IMG/VR virus record: IMGVR_UViG_3300023174_000141
Span: 12,064 to 76,063 of that record
DNA length: 64,000 nucleotides
From: a virus
Direction: 5' to 3' (one strand)
Within the stretch, counting starts at the first letter, position 1; each line of letters opens with the position of its first letter. Positions 17,872 through 27,544 of this stretch are shown piece after piece. Under the pieces are notes generated by a model. It had not been told where the DNA came from, ran no database searches, and was given only the letters and a program-made list of their open reading frames with translations. The position numbers and the translations under genes are program-made.

Positions 17872-18293
17872 TGGATCGACGCGAGAAGCTTCGGCAGGTC
17901 TACTCCAACCCGGGCCTGCGCAACCGCATCAAGGCCCGCATCTTGGCGGGCGGCAAGGGCGGCAAGCCCGGCCAGTGGTCTGCGCGCAAGGCGCAGATGG
18001 TGGAGCAGGAGTACAAGAAGGCCGGCGGGAAGTACAAGAGCGGCCCCACCTCGAAGCAGAAGAGCCTCAAGCGCTGGACGAAGCAGAAGTGGACGACGCC
18101 CTCGGGCAAGCCCAGCGTCCAGGGACCGAAGGCGACCGGCGAGGTCTACGCGCCGAAGAAGGCCATCGAAAAGCTGCGCTCCACCCCGGGCGGGATGGAG
18201 AAGCTCGCCTCGGCCACCCAGAAGAAGCGCGAGGCCAGCCGCAAGGGTGAGCAGTTCGCCAGCCACGGGCTCCACAAGGGAGCGAAGCGCTAG
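17868..18293 (+). CDS. Lys/Gly-rich protein, DUF5872-like
   Basis: GGKPGQWSARKAQ...EYKKAGG.Y...QKSLKRWTKQKW. Confidence 0.75.
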   Translation: MMDRREKLRQVYSNPGLRNRIKARILAGGKGGKPGQWSARKAQMVEQEYKKAGGKYKSGPTSKQKSLKRWTKQKWTTPSGKPSVQGPKATGEVYAPKKAIEKLRSTPGGMEKLASATQKKREASRKGEQFASHGLHKGAKR

Positions 18294-18448
18294 TCCGGCG
18301 CCTGCGCGTCCCGCCACACCTCGAGCAGCAGCTTTCCGAGCCGCCGACGCGCAAGCCGGCGGCTCTTCTGCTTCTCCGCCTCGCGACAGCACGGGCAGGT
18401 CGTCCCGTCCTTACGAAAGCCCTTGATGTGTCTCTTGAACTCATCCAT
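18290..18448 (-). CDS. small CPCC-motif basic protein
   Basis: Translated by hand: MDEFKRHIKGFRKDGTTCPCCREAEKQKSRRLARRRL... Confidence 0.55.
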   Translation of the reverse strand: MDEFKRHIKGFRKDGTTCPCCREAEKQKSRRLARRRLGKLLLEVWRDAQAPD

Positions 18449-18485
18449 ACGCGGACCCTCGCACCCTCACCCTATAACGTAGAAA

Positions 18486-18531
18486 AAATCTTCGGCAACG
18501 GCTTGCGCGATAATACCCACAGCGGTATTCT
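18486..18531 (+). promoter_or_regulatory. capsid-operon promoter
   Basis: AAATCT-N11-TTGCGC-17 bp-TATTCT, the same geometry as the 5591-5640 promoter. Confidence 0.7.
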
Positions 18532-18678
18532 CCTCGTGCACCCCTCGAAGGGTTTCGGGTAGCCCGTAAGGGTCCGAGGCAGAACGAGCGGGCAGGCGCA
18601 GCCCCCGAACTTCAACGTTCCTTCGACCTGGCCGGTCGGAGTCGCTAGCGCGTCTGCCCCCGGCCTCTGGAGTCCAAG

Positions 18679-19728
18679 ATGGCGATCTCTACCGAAATCC
18701 TCAACACCACCTTCGCGGACCTGCGCGGCCCGCTCATCAACTCCTTCATCCGCTCCAACGAGCTGCTCGACGCGCTCATGAGCAAGGCCCGCATGCCCTC
18801 CGAGGGCGGCAGCCTCATCGAGCGGTCCTTCGCCGGTGGCGCCCCCGCCCGCGGCGTTGGCGTGTTCGTCGGTGACGAGCTCCTCAACATGACGCGCCGT
18901 CAGCAGACCAAGCGCTTCCAGGTTGAGCCCCACCGCATCGTGGCGGCCATCAACATCCCGAAGAAGGAGCTCCTCTTCAACAGCGGCAAGCTCGCTGTGA
19001 TCCGCCTCATCGAGGAGTACCCCCAGACCACCCTCGAGGGTGCGAAGGCTGACCTCAACAAGTACCTCCTCACCGGCGCCTCCCGCGGCCTCGTCTTCCA
19101 GACGGCGGACCTCTCGGGCTTCCTGAGCCTCAACGGCCAGTTCGCCGCGGGCTCCGGCACCGGCGTGACCAACGGCCTCCTCGACTTCGCGGCGCCCGCC
19201 TCGCAGACCGAGGTGGTGCAGAACGTGGCGAAGAGCTCCAGCTACTACCACTTCAACCAGTTCAACCAGATCACGACCTGGGCCACGGACGGTCTCCCCA
19301 CCCTCCGCAAGACCTACCGTCAGTGCGCCCACTACGCGGGCGGCATGGGCAAGGGTCCCGACCTCGTCATCATGGACGACAGCACCTACACGAACTTCGA
19401 GGACAGCCGCCTGTCCCTCGTGCGCGTGACGCTCGTCGAGGACAAGACCGAGAAGAGCAACACCCTCGGCCTCGACCTCGGCGTGGCGAAGGTGTACAGC
19501 TCCATCGACCTCGACCTCGCGGACTTCACCTCCGCTCCGGCCCAGGGCGTGACCTACATCCTCAACACCGACTTCCTCGAGATGCCCCTCATGGAGGCCC
19601 CGAGCATCACCCCGTTCACTGAGCGCGTGGGTGACCAGGACGTCGTCACGGCCATCTTCTCGATGCAGGGCAACCTCATCTGCACGAAGACCCCGGCCCA
19701 GGGCTGCGTCGCCGGCGGCTCGGTCTGA
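18679..19728 (+). CDS. major capsid protein
   Basis: 349 aa with very strong codon bias. N-terminal TT....I.N.F..N.LL..L...GG..I pattern, PDLVIM and YILNTD motifs. Confidence 0.85.
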   Translation: MAISTEILNTTFADLRGPLINSFIRSNELLDALMSKARMPSEGGSLIERSFAGGAPARGVGVFVGDELLNMTRRQQTKRFQVEPHRIVAAINIPKKELLFNSGKLAVIRLIEEYPQTTLEGAKADLNKYLLTGASRGLVFQTADLSGFLSLNGQFAAGSGTGVTNGLLDFAAPASQTEVVQNVAKSSSYYHFNQFNQITTWATDGLPTLRKTYRQCAHYAGGMGKGPDLVIMDDSTYTNFEDSRLSLVRVTLVEDKTEKSNTLGLDLGVAKVYSSIDLDLADFTSAPAQGVTYILNTDFLEMPLMEAPSITPFTERVGDQDVVTAIFSMQGNLICTKTPAQGCVAGGSV

Positions 19729-19770
19729 GCGACGTAGGCTTCATCCTCATCATCAACTAGGAGGTTTCTC

Positions 19771-20307
19771 ATGTCCTACAGCAACAACCAGGTCTTCGGG
19801 AACGACGTCAACGTCCTCGACAGCACCCAGCTCTACCCCCTCGGCACCACCCGCACCGTGCTCGGCTCTCAGTCGAACAAGGGCGACCAGGTGTGGCGCT
19901 ACGTTCGGAACGCCGGCGCTGCGGCGTGGACCGAGGGTCAGGTCGTGCTCGCCGTCGCGGCGACCGCCCAGAACCTCGGCACGGGCCAGACCGCGACGGC
20001 GACCGCCAGCCTCGCGCGCAACCGCATCCTCGGTGTGGCGCAGACCTACGTCACGTCCGCCGGCGTGACCTCGACGTTCTCCGTCGGGTCCTACGGCTGG
20101 ATCCTGATGCTTGGTGAGGGTTCGATCCTCAACGACAGCGCGGGCACTCTCGCCGCTGACACGTCGTTCGCGTCGTCCAGCGTCGTGGCGGGCTCCGTCG
20201 AGATCGCGGCCAACAGCGGTGTCGGCGCGAACGCGACCATCGGCGTCACGCACGTCGCCATTTCGGCGAGCACCGTCGGCTCCGCGTACATCGTCTGCCG
20301 CCCCTGA
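19771..20307 (+). CDS. capsid decoration/cement protein
   Basis: Follows the major capsid gene. Q.YPLGT...WRYV and YGWI...G motifs. Confidence 0.7.
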   Translation: MSYSNNQVFGNDVNVLDSTQLYPLGTTRTVLGSQSNKGDQVWRYVRNAGAAAWTEGQVVLAVAATAQNLGTGQTATATASLARNRILGVAQTYVTSAGVTSTFSVGSYGWILMLGEGSILNDSAGTLAADTSFASSSVVAGSVEIAANSGVGANATIGVTHVAISASTVGSAYIVCRP

Positions 20308-20343
20308 TGTGGTAGACTAGGTCGGAACAGTTAGGAGGCGGGC

Positions 20344-21840
20344 ATGGACACTTCTCTCGGAGCGCTCCGCGCCCGCCTCTTCAACTACCGAGCTTGGGAC
20401 AGCACGGGCACGACCCTCGATGGTCGCGTTCGAGAGGCGATGAACACCGCTCTCGACCGCATCTCGGGGGACGTGCCCGAAGCTGTTGTCCCCGACGACG
20501 AGCACGTCGTCCTTCTTCCCGACGCGGTGGGGGAAGCCGCCGACGTCAACGCGCGTATCGCTACGACCTCCGACACCCGCGTTCTTGAGTTTACCGACCC
20601 CAGCGGTGCTCCGCTCACCCCGTCGAGCCCCTGGGTCCCCGCCACCGACGGCTCTCTCGATGGCATCATGCACTTCGAGATTGTCGACACCAAGGGCCAG
20701 CGCCACCGTCGCCAGAGCCGCGAGTTCTGGATCCAGAAGCCGGGAGGCGGCGCCCCCGACCGCTACTACGTCAGCATCGACCGGCCGTGGGACCTCGGCA
20801 CGATGTCGGGGCTGAAGTTCCGTATGCACCAGCCCGAGTTCTTCGTCACCGACGATGTGACCCGGGTGCTCGAGCCGGCGCGCATCTACGACGAGACCCG
20901 TCAGCAGATGTGGGCCATCGACACGGGCGGCGCCTATCGGCAGGACCTCGTCGACTTCATCGGCGAGGACAAGGCCCGGCCCTTCCGGTTCTGGCGTGGT
21001 CGCCACTTCCAGATCCCCGCGCCCACGACTACGCCGACGCTCGCCGCAAGCCAGCAGGGCGTTGCGCCGTGGGCTGGCCCTGAGTGGGAGGGCACGTTCC
21101 GTTTCTGCTACACCTACGTCTGGGGGCGGAAGGAGCAGGAGTGGCAGAGCGCCCCGGGAGGCATCCGTGATCCCCAGTGGGAGAGCGCTCCGTCTCCGCT
21201 CAGCACCACCTTCTCGCACGCGGGGTCGAACGCGGGCCGCAGCATCCGCATCACGGGCACGAACATCGACGCCATGATGGACTTCGGAGAGTCGTCGACG
21301 CTGCGCTACAGCCGCAGTGGCATGCGCCTCCGCATCTACGTCGCCCGTGACAGCGTCATCTCCACCACCCCCTACGGCACGGGGTTCAACCGGGTCGAGA
21401 CGAACGGGAAGTTCTACCTCCTCGCGGAGATCGAGCCGGTCGCGGGCACCTTCATCTGGGACGGCTCGACCGTGCCGGACTACCAGCGCGAGCTGAAGCA
21501 CAGCACCGGCTACTACGCCTACAGCGTCTACCCGCATCAGGACCAGCGCTACGAGCTGGACTTCCGGGTGCAGCGCCTGCCGAAGGCGCTGAAGAACGAC
21601 CAGGACACGGTGCCCATCCAGCGAGACGCTGTGATGGCGTATATCGAGCTCTCGCTCTACTACATGTGCCTGATGGACGGCGTCGACCAGACCGGCGCGC
21701 AGGTCCACCTCTCCCGCTACGCCGAGCTCGCGCGCCACTTCCGCAAGCGGTACGCGAACCCCGGCGGGGTCGTTGAGCCCACGCCGCTCACCGGCTACCA
21801 GGTTCGTTTCCGCTACGGTAGGTTTCGCGACATGACGTAG
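20344..21840 (+). CDS. head-tail adaptor protein with inserted domains
   Basis: Adaptor-like helical N-terminus (LRARL...MNTALDRI) and C-terminus (RLPKAL..D.D.VPI...LYY). Confidence 0.6.
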   Translation: MDTSLGALRARLFNYRAWDSTGTTLDGRVREAMNTALDRISGDVPEAVVPDDEHVVLLPDAVGEAADVNARIATTSDTRVLEFTDPSGAPLTPSSPWVPATDGSLDGIMHFEIVDTKGQRHRRQSREFWIQKPGGGAPDRYYVSIDRPWDLGTMSGLKFRMHQPEFFVTDDVTRVLEPARIYDETRQQMWAIDTGGAYRQDLVDFIGEDKARPFRFWRGRHFQIPAPTTTPTLAASQQGVAPWAGPEWEGTFRFCYTYVWGRKEQEWQSAPGGIRDPQWESAPSPLSTTFSHAGSNAGRSIRITGTNIDAMMDFGESSTLRYSRSGMRLRIYVARDSVISTTPYGTGFNRVETNGKFYLLAEIEPVAGTFIWDGSTVPDYQRELKHSTGYYAYSVYPHQDQRYELDFRVQRLPKALKNDQDTVPIQRDAVMAYIELSLYYMCLMDGVDQTGAQVHLSRYAELARHFRKRYANPGGVVEPTPLTGYQVRFRYGRFRDMT

Positions 21841-21881
21841 TCCTCGTGTTATACCGAAGAGGCAACCACGAGGAGTACCTC

Positions 21882-22304
21882 ATGCCGCAGACCACCAAGT
21901 TCCCCCGTCCCGACCTCGGCGACGTCTTCGTTCGTCGCAACCTCAACGGCAACGATGAGGAGGCCATGATCCTCGCCGTCCAGTCCAAGCCCAACGGCTT
22001 GCTCTGGCAGGCGGTCATGACGACGAAGAACGGCGTCGAGTTCGTCACGGGCGACGCCGAGTACCGCAACGTCCACGACTGGCGCCCGAAGGGCTGGCTC
22101 TTCGACGACGTGAACGGCAACTGGCGCACGCCCGCTGACAAGGCGAAGCTCGACGCGGAGCGCGCCGCTGCCGCGGCGGCCAAGCCCGAGCCCGAGCTCA
22201 AGGACGAGTTCATCGTCGCCGACGCCTCCGAGATCCCCAACGCTCTCACCAAGAAGCGCGCGGGCATCCCGCTGCCGAAGGTGAGCGCACCGCCCCAGGT
22301 GTAG
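21882..22304 (+). CDS. hypothetical protein
   Basis: RBS GAGGAG, GC3 bias. Confidence 0.75.
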   Translation: MPQTTKFPRPDLGDVFVRRNLNGNDEEAMILAVQSKPNGLLWQAVMTTKNGVEFVTGDAEYRNVHDWRPKGWLFDDVNGNWRTPADKAKLDAERAAAAAAKPEPELKDEFIVADASEIPNALTKKRAGIPLPKVSAPPQV

Positions 22305-22307
22305 CCG

Positions 22308-24401
22308 ATGGCAGGGCCCGACAACCAGCGCAGCGCGAACTTCATCATCCCCGCCGGGGAGAGCCAGCTCAACTACACGGCGAAGGCTCTGACCCAGAAG
22401 ATCTTGAACTTTGAGTTCACGATCAAGCGGACGCTCGCGACGACTGTCGGGCCCACTGTCTACGAGCCGGATCGGCCGACCACGCCGGACCCGGCTCTAG
22501 TGTTCGGGCAGATGCACGGCATCTTCCACACGACGCTGCTGGGCGGCCAGATGGACCTCCTTCTGGTCCGCTCCGGCGACAAGCTCTTCCGCCACGCCGG
22601 CTGGCAGCGTGGCTGGGAGCAGCTCTACTCGGGCCTCACCTCTGACACCAAGGGCGCCGCGTTCCCGGACCAGTTCGTCGTCGTGAACGACACGGTCATC
22701 TGGACGAACGGCATCGACCAGCCGCTGGTCATTGGCGCGCACGGCGTCGTGACGCCGCTAGGCTTCAACAACAAGCCCGCGGCTCCGTCGGTCTACGGGC
22801 CGGGACAGTTCGCCAGCACGGCCCAGTTCTACCCGAACGCCAGCGGTTACTCGTGGCGCGGCGACATCGGCACGCCGGGCGACGTGCTGAGCGGTACGCA
22901 GGGCGCGATCCTCGACGGGGCTTGGTACTACTACGCCCAGTTCGAGGACATCTACGGCAACATGAGCCCGCCGTCGGCCATCTCGAACGCTGCATGGGTC
23001 CGCACCATCCAGGCGAATCCCTACGACCCGAAGTCGACGGGTGAGACGACGGGCGCGACCATCGACGACCTGACGCGCCAGTTCTTCGTGCGTCTCGCCT
23101 CGAAGGGGCCTGAGCACACAGCGGCGACGCACATTTTCCGAACCCCCGACACGCGCCGCGCTTCGACAAAGCCTCGTCGGCTGGTCCGTCTACCCGGCCG
23201 CGAGCCTTCCATCTTCGGGGACCGACGTGCGGACAGCGACCTCGGCGACGAGATGGAGACTCCCGTCATCGTTCCGACGTTCCGCACCATGTGCGTGCAC
23301 GAAGGACGCCTCGTCATCGCGAACACGCCGTCGGACCCGGGTATCGTCCGCATCTCGGACCCGGGGTTCCCCGGCACGTTCCTAGAGGACAACTACACCT
23401 ACCCCGACGTGCACGGGGCAGACGTCATCGCCGTCGCTTCGCACATGGGGATGCTGCTGGCCTTCACCGAGGGTGCGGTCTACGACATCACCCCAGACCG
23501 GCAGACGGGCATGCTGACGACGGGCTCGACGCTCATCCAGGGTATCGGCTGCACGGCACCCCGCAGCATCGCCGCGCTCTACAACGGCTTCCTCATCTGG
23601 CTCGGCCGCGACGGCTTCTACTCCTGCGACGCCAAGGGGAACATCCAGCTCATCAGCGACGACATCCACAAGATCCTCAACTACGACATGAACACGTCGA
23701 AGTTCCGTCGTGCGGTGTCCGTGGTCGACCCCGTCAGCCGAGAGTACCACTGCGCCATCCCCATCGCGGGAACCCCCAACAACCGCGTCACGTTCTGCTA
23801 TGACGGGCAGAACTGGCGCCGGCACGACTTCGAGAAGCTGTCCGTCGACGACATGACGGTGACCGAGGACTACCGCCAGCTCGTCCTGTTCGTGGGCCGT
23901 CGGCTCGACATCATCAACGCCCAGTGGAACGTCTACGTCAAGGACCGCGAGACGACGAACTACGAGGTGCCGGCGCGCTCCGCCTACTACCGCTCTGGCT
24001 GGTTCTTCGCCGACGACACCGGCAGCACCTTCATGCACGTTCGGTCGCTCTACCTCGGCATGCTGGACTCCTGGAACGGGCCGTTCACCATCCGCTTCTT
24101 CCGCAACAACTCGTGGAAGCCCGTGCTCGAGATGACCGACGTCCTCGGCATCGGGGTGGACGACGACAGCGACGTGGTCCGCGACGTGGCTGGCAGCGCC
24201 ATCGTCGGAGAGGCGCGCGTCCACGAGCCCCGTCTCTTCTGGCGCATGGTGCCGGTCGGCCTTGAGAACGCCTACTCGTGGGCGTTCGAGATTCAGGCGG
24301 ACTACCCCACGCGCCTTAACCTGGCCTCTGTCGCCTACGACGTCAGCGCGGCGTCGGGCGGCAACAACCGCGGCCGCGTGCCGCTGCGAGCCGACGTATG
24401 A
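22308..24401 (+). CDS. tail nozzle / DNA stabilisation protein (P22 gp10 or T7 gp12-like)
   Basis: 697 aa, beta-rich. IGC.AP.SI and IWLGRDGFY...ISDDI propeller-type motifs. Position in the operon fits. Confidence 0.7.
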   Translation: MAGPDNQRSANFIIPAGESQLNYTAKALTQKILNFEFTIKRTLATTVGPTVYEPDRPTTPDPALVFGQMHGIFHTTLLGGQMDLLLVRSGDKLFRHAGWQRGWEQLYSGLTSDTKGAAFPDQFVVVNDTVIWTNGIDQPLVIGAHGVVTPLGFNNKPAAPSVYGPGQFASTAQFYPNASGYSWRGDIGTPGDVLSGTQGAILDGAWYYYAQFEDIYGNMSPPSAISNAAWVRTIQANPYDPKSTGETTGATIDDLTRQFFVRLASKGPEHTAATHIFRTPDTRRASTKPRRLVRLPGREPSIFGDRRADSDLGDEMETPVIVPTFRTMCVHEGRLVIANTPSDPGIVRISDPGFPGTFLEDNYTYPDVHGADVIAVASHMGMLLAFTEGAVYDITPDRQTGMLTTGSTLIQGIGCTAPRSIAALYNGFLIWLGRDGFYSCDAKGNIQLISDDIHKILNYDMNTSKFRRAVSVVDPVSREYHCAIPIAGTPNNRVTFCYDGQNWRRHDFEKLSVDDMTVTEDYRQLVLFVGRRLDIINAQWNVYVKDRETTNYEVPARSAYYRSGWFFADDTGSTFMHVRSLYLGMLDSWNGPFTIRFFRNNSWKPVLEMTDVLGIGVDDDSDVVRDVAGSAIVGEARVHEPRLFWRMVPVGLENAYSWAFEIQADYPTRLNLASVAYDVSAASGGNNRGRVPLRADV

Positions 24402-26029
24402 GCTACCAGTTCCCCCGCCGTGTCCTTCGCACGCAGGACGTGCTGGACCCCATCGAGCTCACGCAGGACATCTCTCCCGCAGCAGAGCGGCTGTCGGGTC
24501 GGCTCAACGCCCACAACTTTAGTTCGACCATCTCGTCGACGGTGCCGGTGGAGCCCGACGCGTTCTACGCAGTCCAGCACTACGAGTATGACCAGTTCTT
24601 CTACTGGGACGGGGTGAACCCGAACTGGGGCAACCCCGACCTCAACTGGGCACCCGGCCTCGCCTACCAGGTCCAGAACAACTTCGAGTGGAACGTCATC
24701 ACCGAACCCGCGAGCTTCAACAGCGACCCGGCGCAGGTGACGATCAGCACGGGCAACAGCGTGCTCTGGATCAACGCCTACGCCCAGTACCTCTGGTACG
24801 GCTTCGACGACCCGCCCACCACGACATGGTTCCCGACGCCCCGGGACCAGCACGCGCACGGGGCCATGACGACGCCGGCGAACATCCAGTTCGCGATTCG
24901 TGTCGACGGGAACATCGTGCCGGAGAGCATCACGGGCATCGACGACATGACGTACCGCGCGTCTGTGCCCATCCGGCAGAGCGTCCAGCGCACGGCGTCG
25001 TCGATCCTGCCTGGGCCGGCGGACATCCGCGGTAGCCAGATCGTAGCGCTCGGGCCTCCGGTACTTCCAGTGCGCGTCTCCGCGATGGTTCCCGTGCAGG
25101 CGGGAGAGCACACCGTGGAGCTCGTCGTTCGACGCGTGCCGGTCATCAACGGCAACAGCATCAAGGCGTACAAGAGCTCCGACAAGGTCTACGTCTTCGG
25201 CCGGCAGGTCAACGCCATCGACCTCAAGAGCTTCCCTGTCGACAGCGTCACGGGGTCAGAGGTCTCGGCCGCTGGCTGGGACGAAGAGGACGAGATCACG
25301 ACGGCCTCCATCTACACGGCGCGCGTGCAGCCCATCATCACGCGGAGCAACGCGATCCAGGAGGGCAACCTCTCTCGCGGCGCGCTGATGCACTACCACC
25401 TCCCGTCGGCGCTCCTCGGCGCGTATTCGGTCGAGGTGATGTTCTCGGGCGAGCTCTTCAACAACACGATGCCGGGGCAGGGGTCGACGACCACCACGAC
25501 GACCCGCTACGCAGGCGCCCCAACCAACGGCTGGACGCTCGTGTCGGACGGCGGAGCCTCTCCGACGGGCGGCACGCTGCTCGTGACGAACATCCCGGCG
25601 GCGGTTGACCAGAAGCTCCTCGTGCTGGCGAACGTGCAGGTCCGCAACCTCCGCGGCGGTGTCGACGCCAGCCTCACCACGCGCGCCGCGTCCATCCGGT
25701 CCTTCGCGCTGTTCCGCCTCATGTGGCGCCGCTCGGCGTTCGCGCCATGGACGGCCGTGAACGAGAGCGACGGGATGGTGAACAGCTTCGTCTGGTGGCC
25801 GTCTGATCCGTCGACGAACCCAGACCCGGCGGACGCCGCCAACCGTCAGCCGATGCAGGCCTACGGTCTCGAGCAGGTGGAGGTGCCGCTCATGGCGCTG
25901 ATCACGGTGCCGGCCGGAACGCCGGTGCAGGTCGGCATGTTCTGCGGCACGGCGGGTCAGTCTGAGGGGACCGACACGGAGTTCGAGATCCGGCACGGCA
26001 ACATCGTCGTGCTCGCGCTGCGCGCGTAG
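24398..26029 (+). CDS. putative tail structural protein
   Basis: Coupled to the nozzle gene, beta-rich. Confidence 0.6.
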   Translation: MSYQFPRRVLRTQDVLDPIELTQDISPAAERLSGRLNAHNFSSTISSTVPVEPDAFYAVQHYEYDQFFYWDGVNPNWGNPDLNWAPGLAYQVQNNFEWNVITEPASFNSDPAQVTISTGNSVLWINAYAQYLWYGFDDPPTTTWFPTPRDQHAHGAMTTPANIQFAIRVDGNIVPESITGIDDMTYRASVPIRQSVQRTASSILPGPADIRGSQIVALGPPVLPVRVSAMVPVQAGEHTVELVVRRVPVINGNSIKAYKSSDKVYVFGRQVNAIDLKSFPVDSVTGSEVSAAGWDEEDEITTASIYTARVQPIITRSNAIQEGNLSRGALMHYHLPSALLGAYSVEVMFSGELFNNTMPGQGSTTTTTTRYAGAPTNGWTLVSDGGASPTGGTLLVTNIPAAVDQKLLVLANVQVRNLRGGVDASLTTRAASIRSFALFRLMWRRSAFAPWTAVNESDGMVNSFVWWPSDPSTNPDPADAANRQPMQAYGLEQVEVPLMALITVPAGTPVQVGMFCGTAGQSEGTDTEFEIRHGNIVVLALRA

Positions 26030-26037
26030 GAGGACAC

Positions 26038-26838
26038 ATGGCGACCATCACCCCGGCGACGACCTACCCCGCCGGAGCGCTCGACATCGCGGGCCACAAC
26101 GCGAACATCTTCTCGACGACGGCGGGCCAAGGCGTGCTGTCCGAGCCGAACGGTGGCCTAGAGCAGGCCAACCTCGACGCGACGTTCTCCGTTCGCGACG
26201 AACACGTCATGTCGGAGGAAGCGGTCATGGCGAGGGCCGAGAGCCTCACCATGCCGATGGACATCTACAACAACGCCTTTGCTCAGCGCGAGGAGGATGA
26301 CCCTACGTTTGTCCCCATCGGCGGACTGTGCCAGCGCGTCCTCGTGCCCTACGACGTCAGCGCCGTGGTCTGGCAGTGGTCGTTCTTCGTGTCGGTGTGG
26401 CGCCCGTTCGTCGTGAAGTCGCAGGACGAGACGCTGTTCGGCGCCGACGTGCCACAGGTCGCGGTGCGTGTCTACGTCGATGGAGTGGAGTACCCCGCGT
26501 TCCGCCGTCCTCTCCCCGTGTCGGCCGACATCAACGCGTTAGCGATTCCGCTCGCCGGGTCAGCCGGGGCTGAGATCAGCTACGAGCGCGTGACGTCGCT
26601 CTGGTTCGAGCTCTCGAAGCTCCAGACCAGCGTGAGCAAGGGCTACCACGAGCTGACGGTGCGGCTCTTCATGCCGCGGGTCCACTTCAACAACGAAGAG
26701 GACGAGCTCACGGCGATGGTGGGCGTGGGCCGCTTCTGCGAGTCTCCGACGAACGATGGTGACGCCGAAGTCATCTCGACCATACACACGCGCGTCACCC
26801 TCGGAAGCCGCGGCGTCCGATTCGTGATGTTCAAGTAG
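26038..26838 (+). CDS. putative tail structural protein
   Basis: RBS GGAGG, operon context. Confidence 0.6.
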   Translation: MATITPATTYPAGALDIAGHNANIFSTTAGQGVLSEPNGGLEQANLDATFSVRDEHVMSEEAVMARAESLTMPMDIYNNAFAQREEDDPTFVPIGGLCQRVLVPYDVSAVVWQWSFFVSVWRPFVVKSQDETLFGADVPQVAVRVYVDGVEYPAFRRPLPVSADINALAIPLAGSAGAEISYERVTSLWFELSKLQTSVSKGYHELTVRLFMPRVHFNNEEDELTAMVGVGRFCESPTNDGDAEVISTIHTRVTLGSRGVRFVMFK

Positions 26839-26887
26839 CCCGTCGCGCGCCTCGGCGCAACACGATATACTCGGCGCGAGGTGAAGA

Positions 26888-27544
26888 ATGGCACCACTGG
26901 TCACTTCCGCGCTGATCGGTATCGGGGGCAAGGCGCTTGCTCCCGCGTTCGGTGCGGCGGGCGCGAAGCTCGCTGAGGTCTTTGACCCCGAGGCGCGGGC
27001 CTACCAGAAGCAGCTTCGCAAGGACACCGAGGCGCTGCGGCAGGGCAAGCTCGGTCTCTCCGAGGCGGAGAAGCGCGGCATGCTCGCCGGGACGCAGCGG
27101 GCGCTCCAGGCGCAGACGATGGGTGCCGAAGCCAACCTCCGGCGGCAGGCCGCGGCGATGGGCGGGTTCGGGCGCAGCGGCGCCCAGACCAACGCCCTCC
27201 GCGGCATCGCGGCGGCGCAGGGCGAGCAGCTTGCGAAGGCGGCGGGAGCTGCCGACGCACTGTCGCAGGACGTCGCGCAGCGGCGGTTCCAAGACGTCAT
27301 GGGGCGGCTGTCTCGTCAGCGCGACGAGGCTCGTCAGACGGCCGGCATGCTCGGCGGTGCGGCTGCCGCAGCGATCCAGGAAGGCGTCGGCGCCTACCCC
27401 GCGGTGAAGCTGACCCAGCTCACCGAGGCTGTGGCGGACGCGAAGGCCAAGCTCGCGATGGCGGAGAAGGGCGGCGACCCGAAGGCCGTCGAGGCCGCGA
27501 AGGCAGCATACGACGCGGCGCTCGGCGCTGCCGGAGGTAAGTGA
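26888..27544 (+). CDS. small ejection/internal virion protein
   Basis: Ala/Gly/Gln-rich helical protein with a hydrophobic N-terminus, first of the large internal proteins. Confidence 0.6.
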   Translation: MAPLVTSALIGIGGKALAPAFGAAGAKLAEVFDPEARAYQKQLRKDTEALRQGKLGLSEAEKRGMLAGTQRALQAQTMGAEANLRRQAAAMGGFGRSGAQTNALRGIAAAQGEQLAKAAGAADALSQDVAQRRFQDVMGRLSRQRDEARQTAGMLGGAAAAAIQEGVGAYPAVKLTQLTEAVADAKAKLAMAEKGGDPKAVEAAKAAYDAALGAAGGK

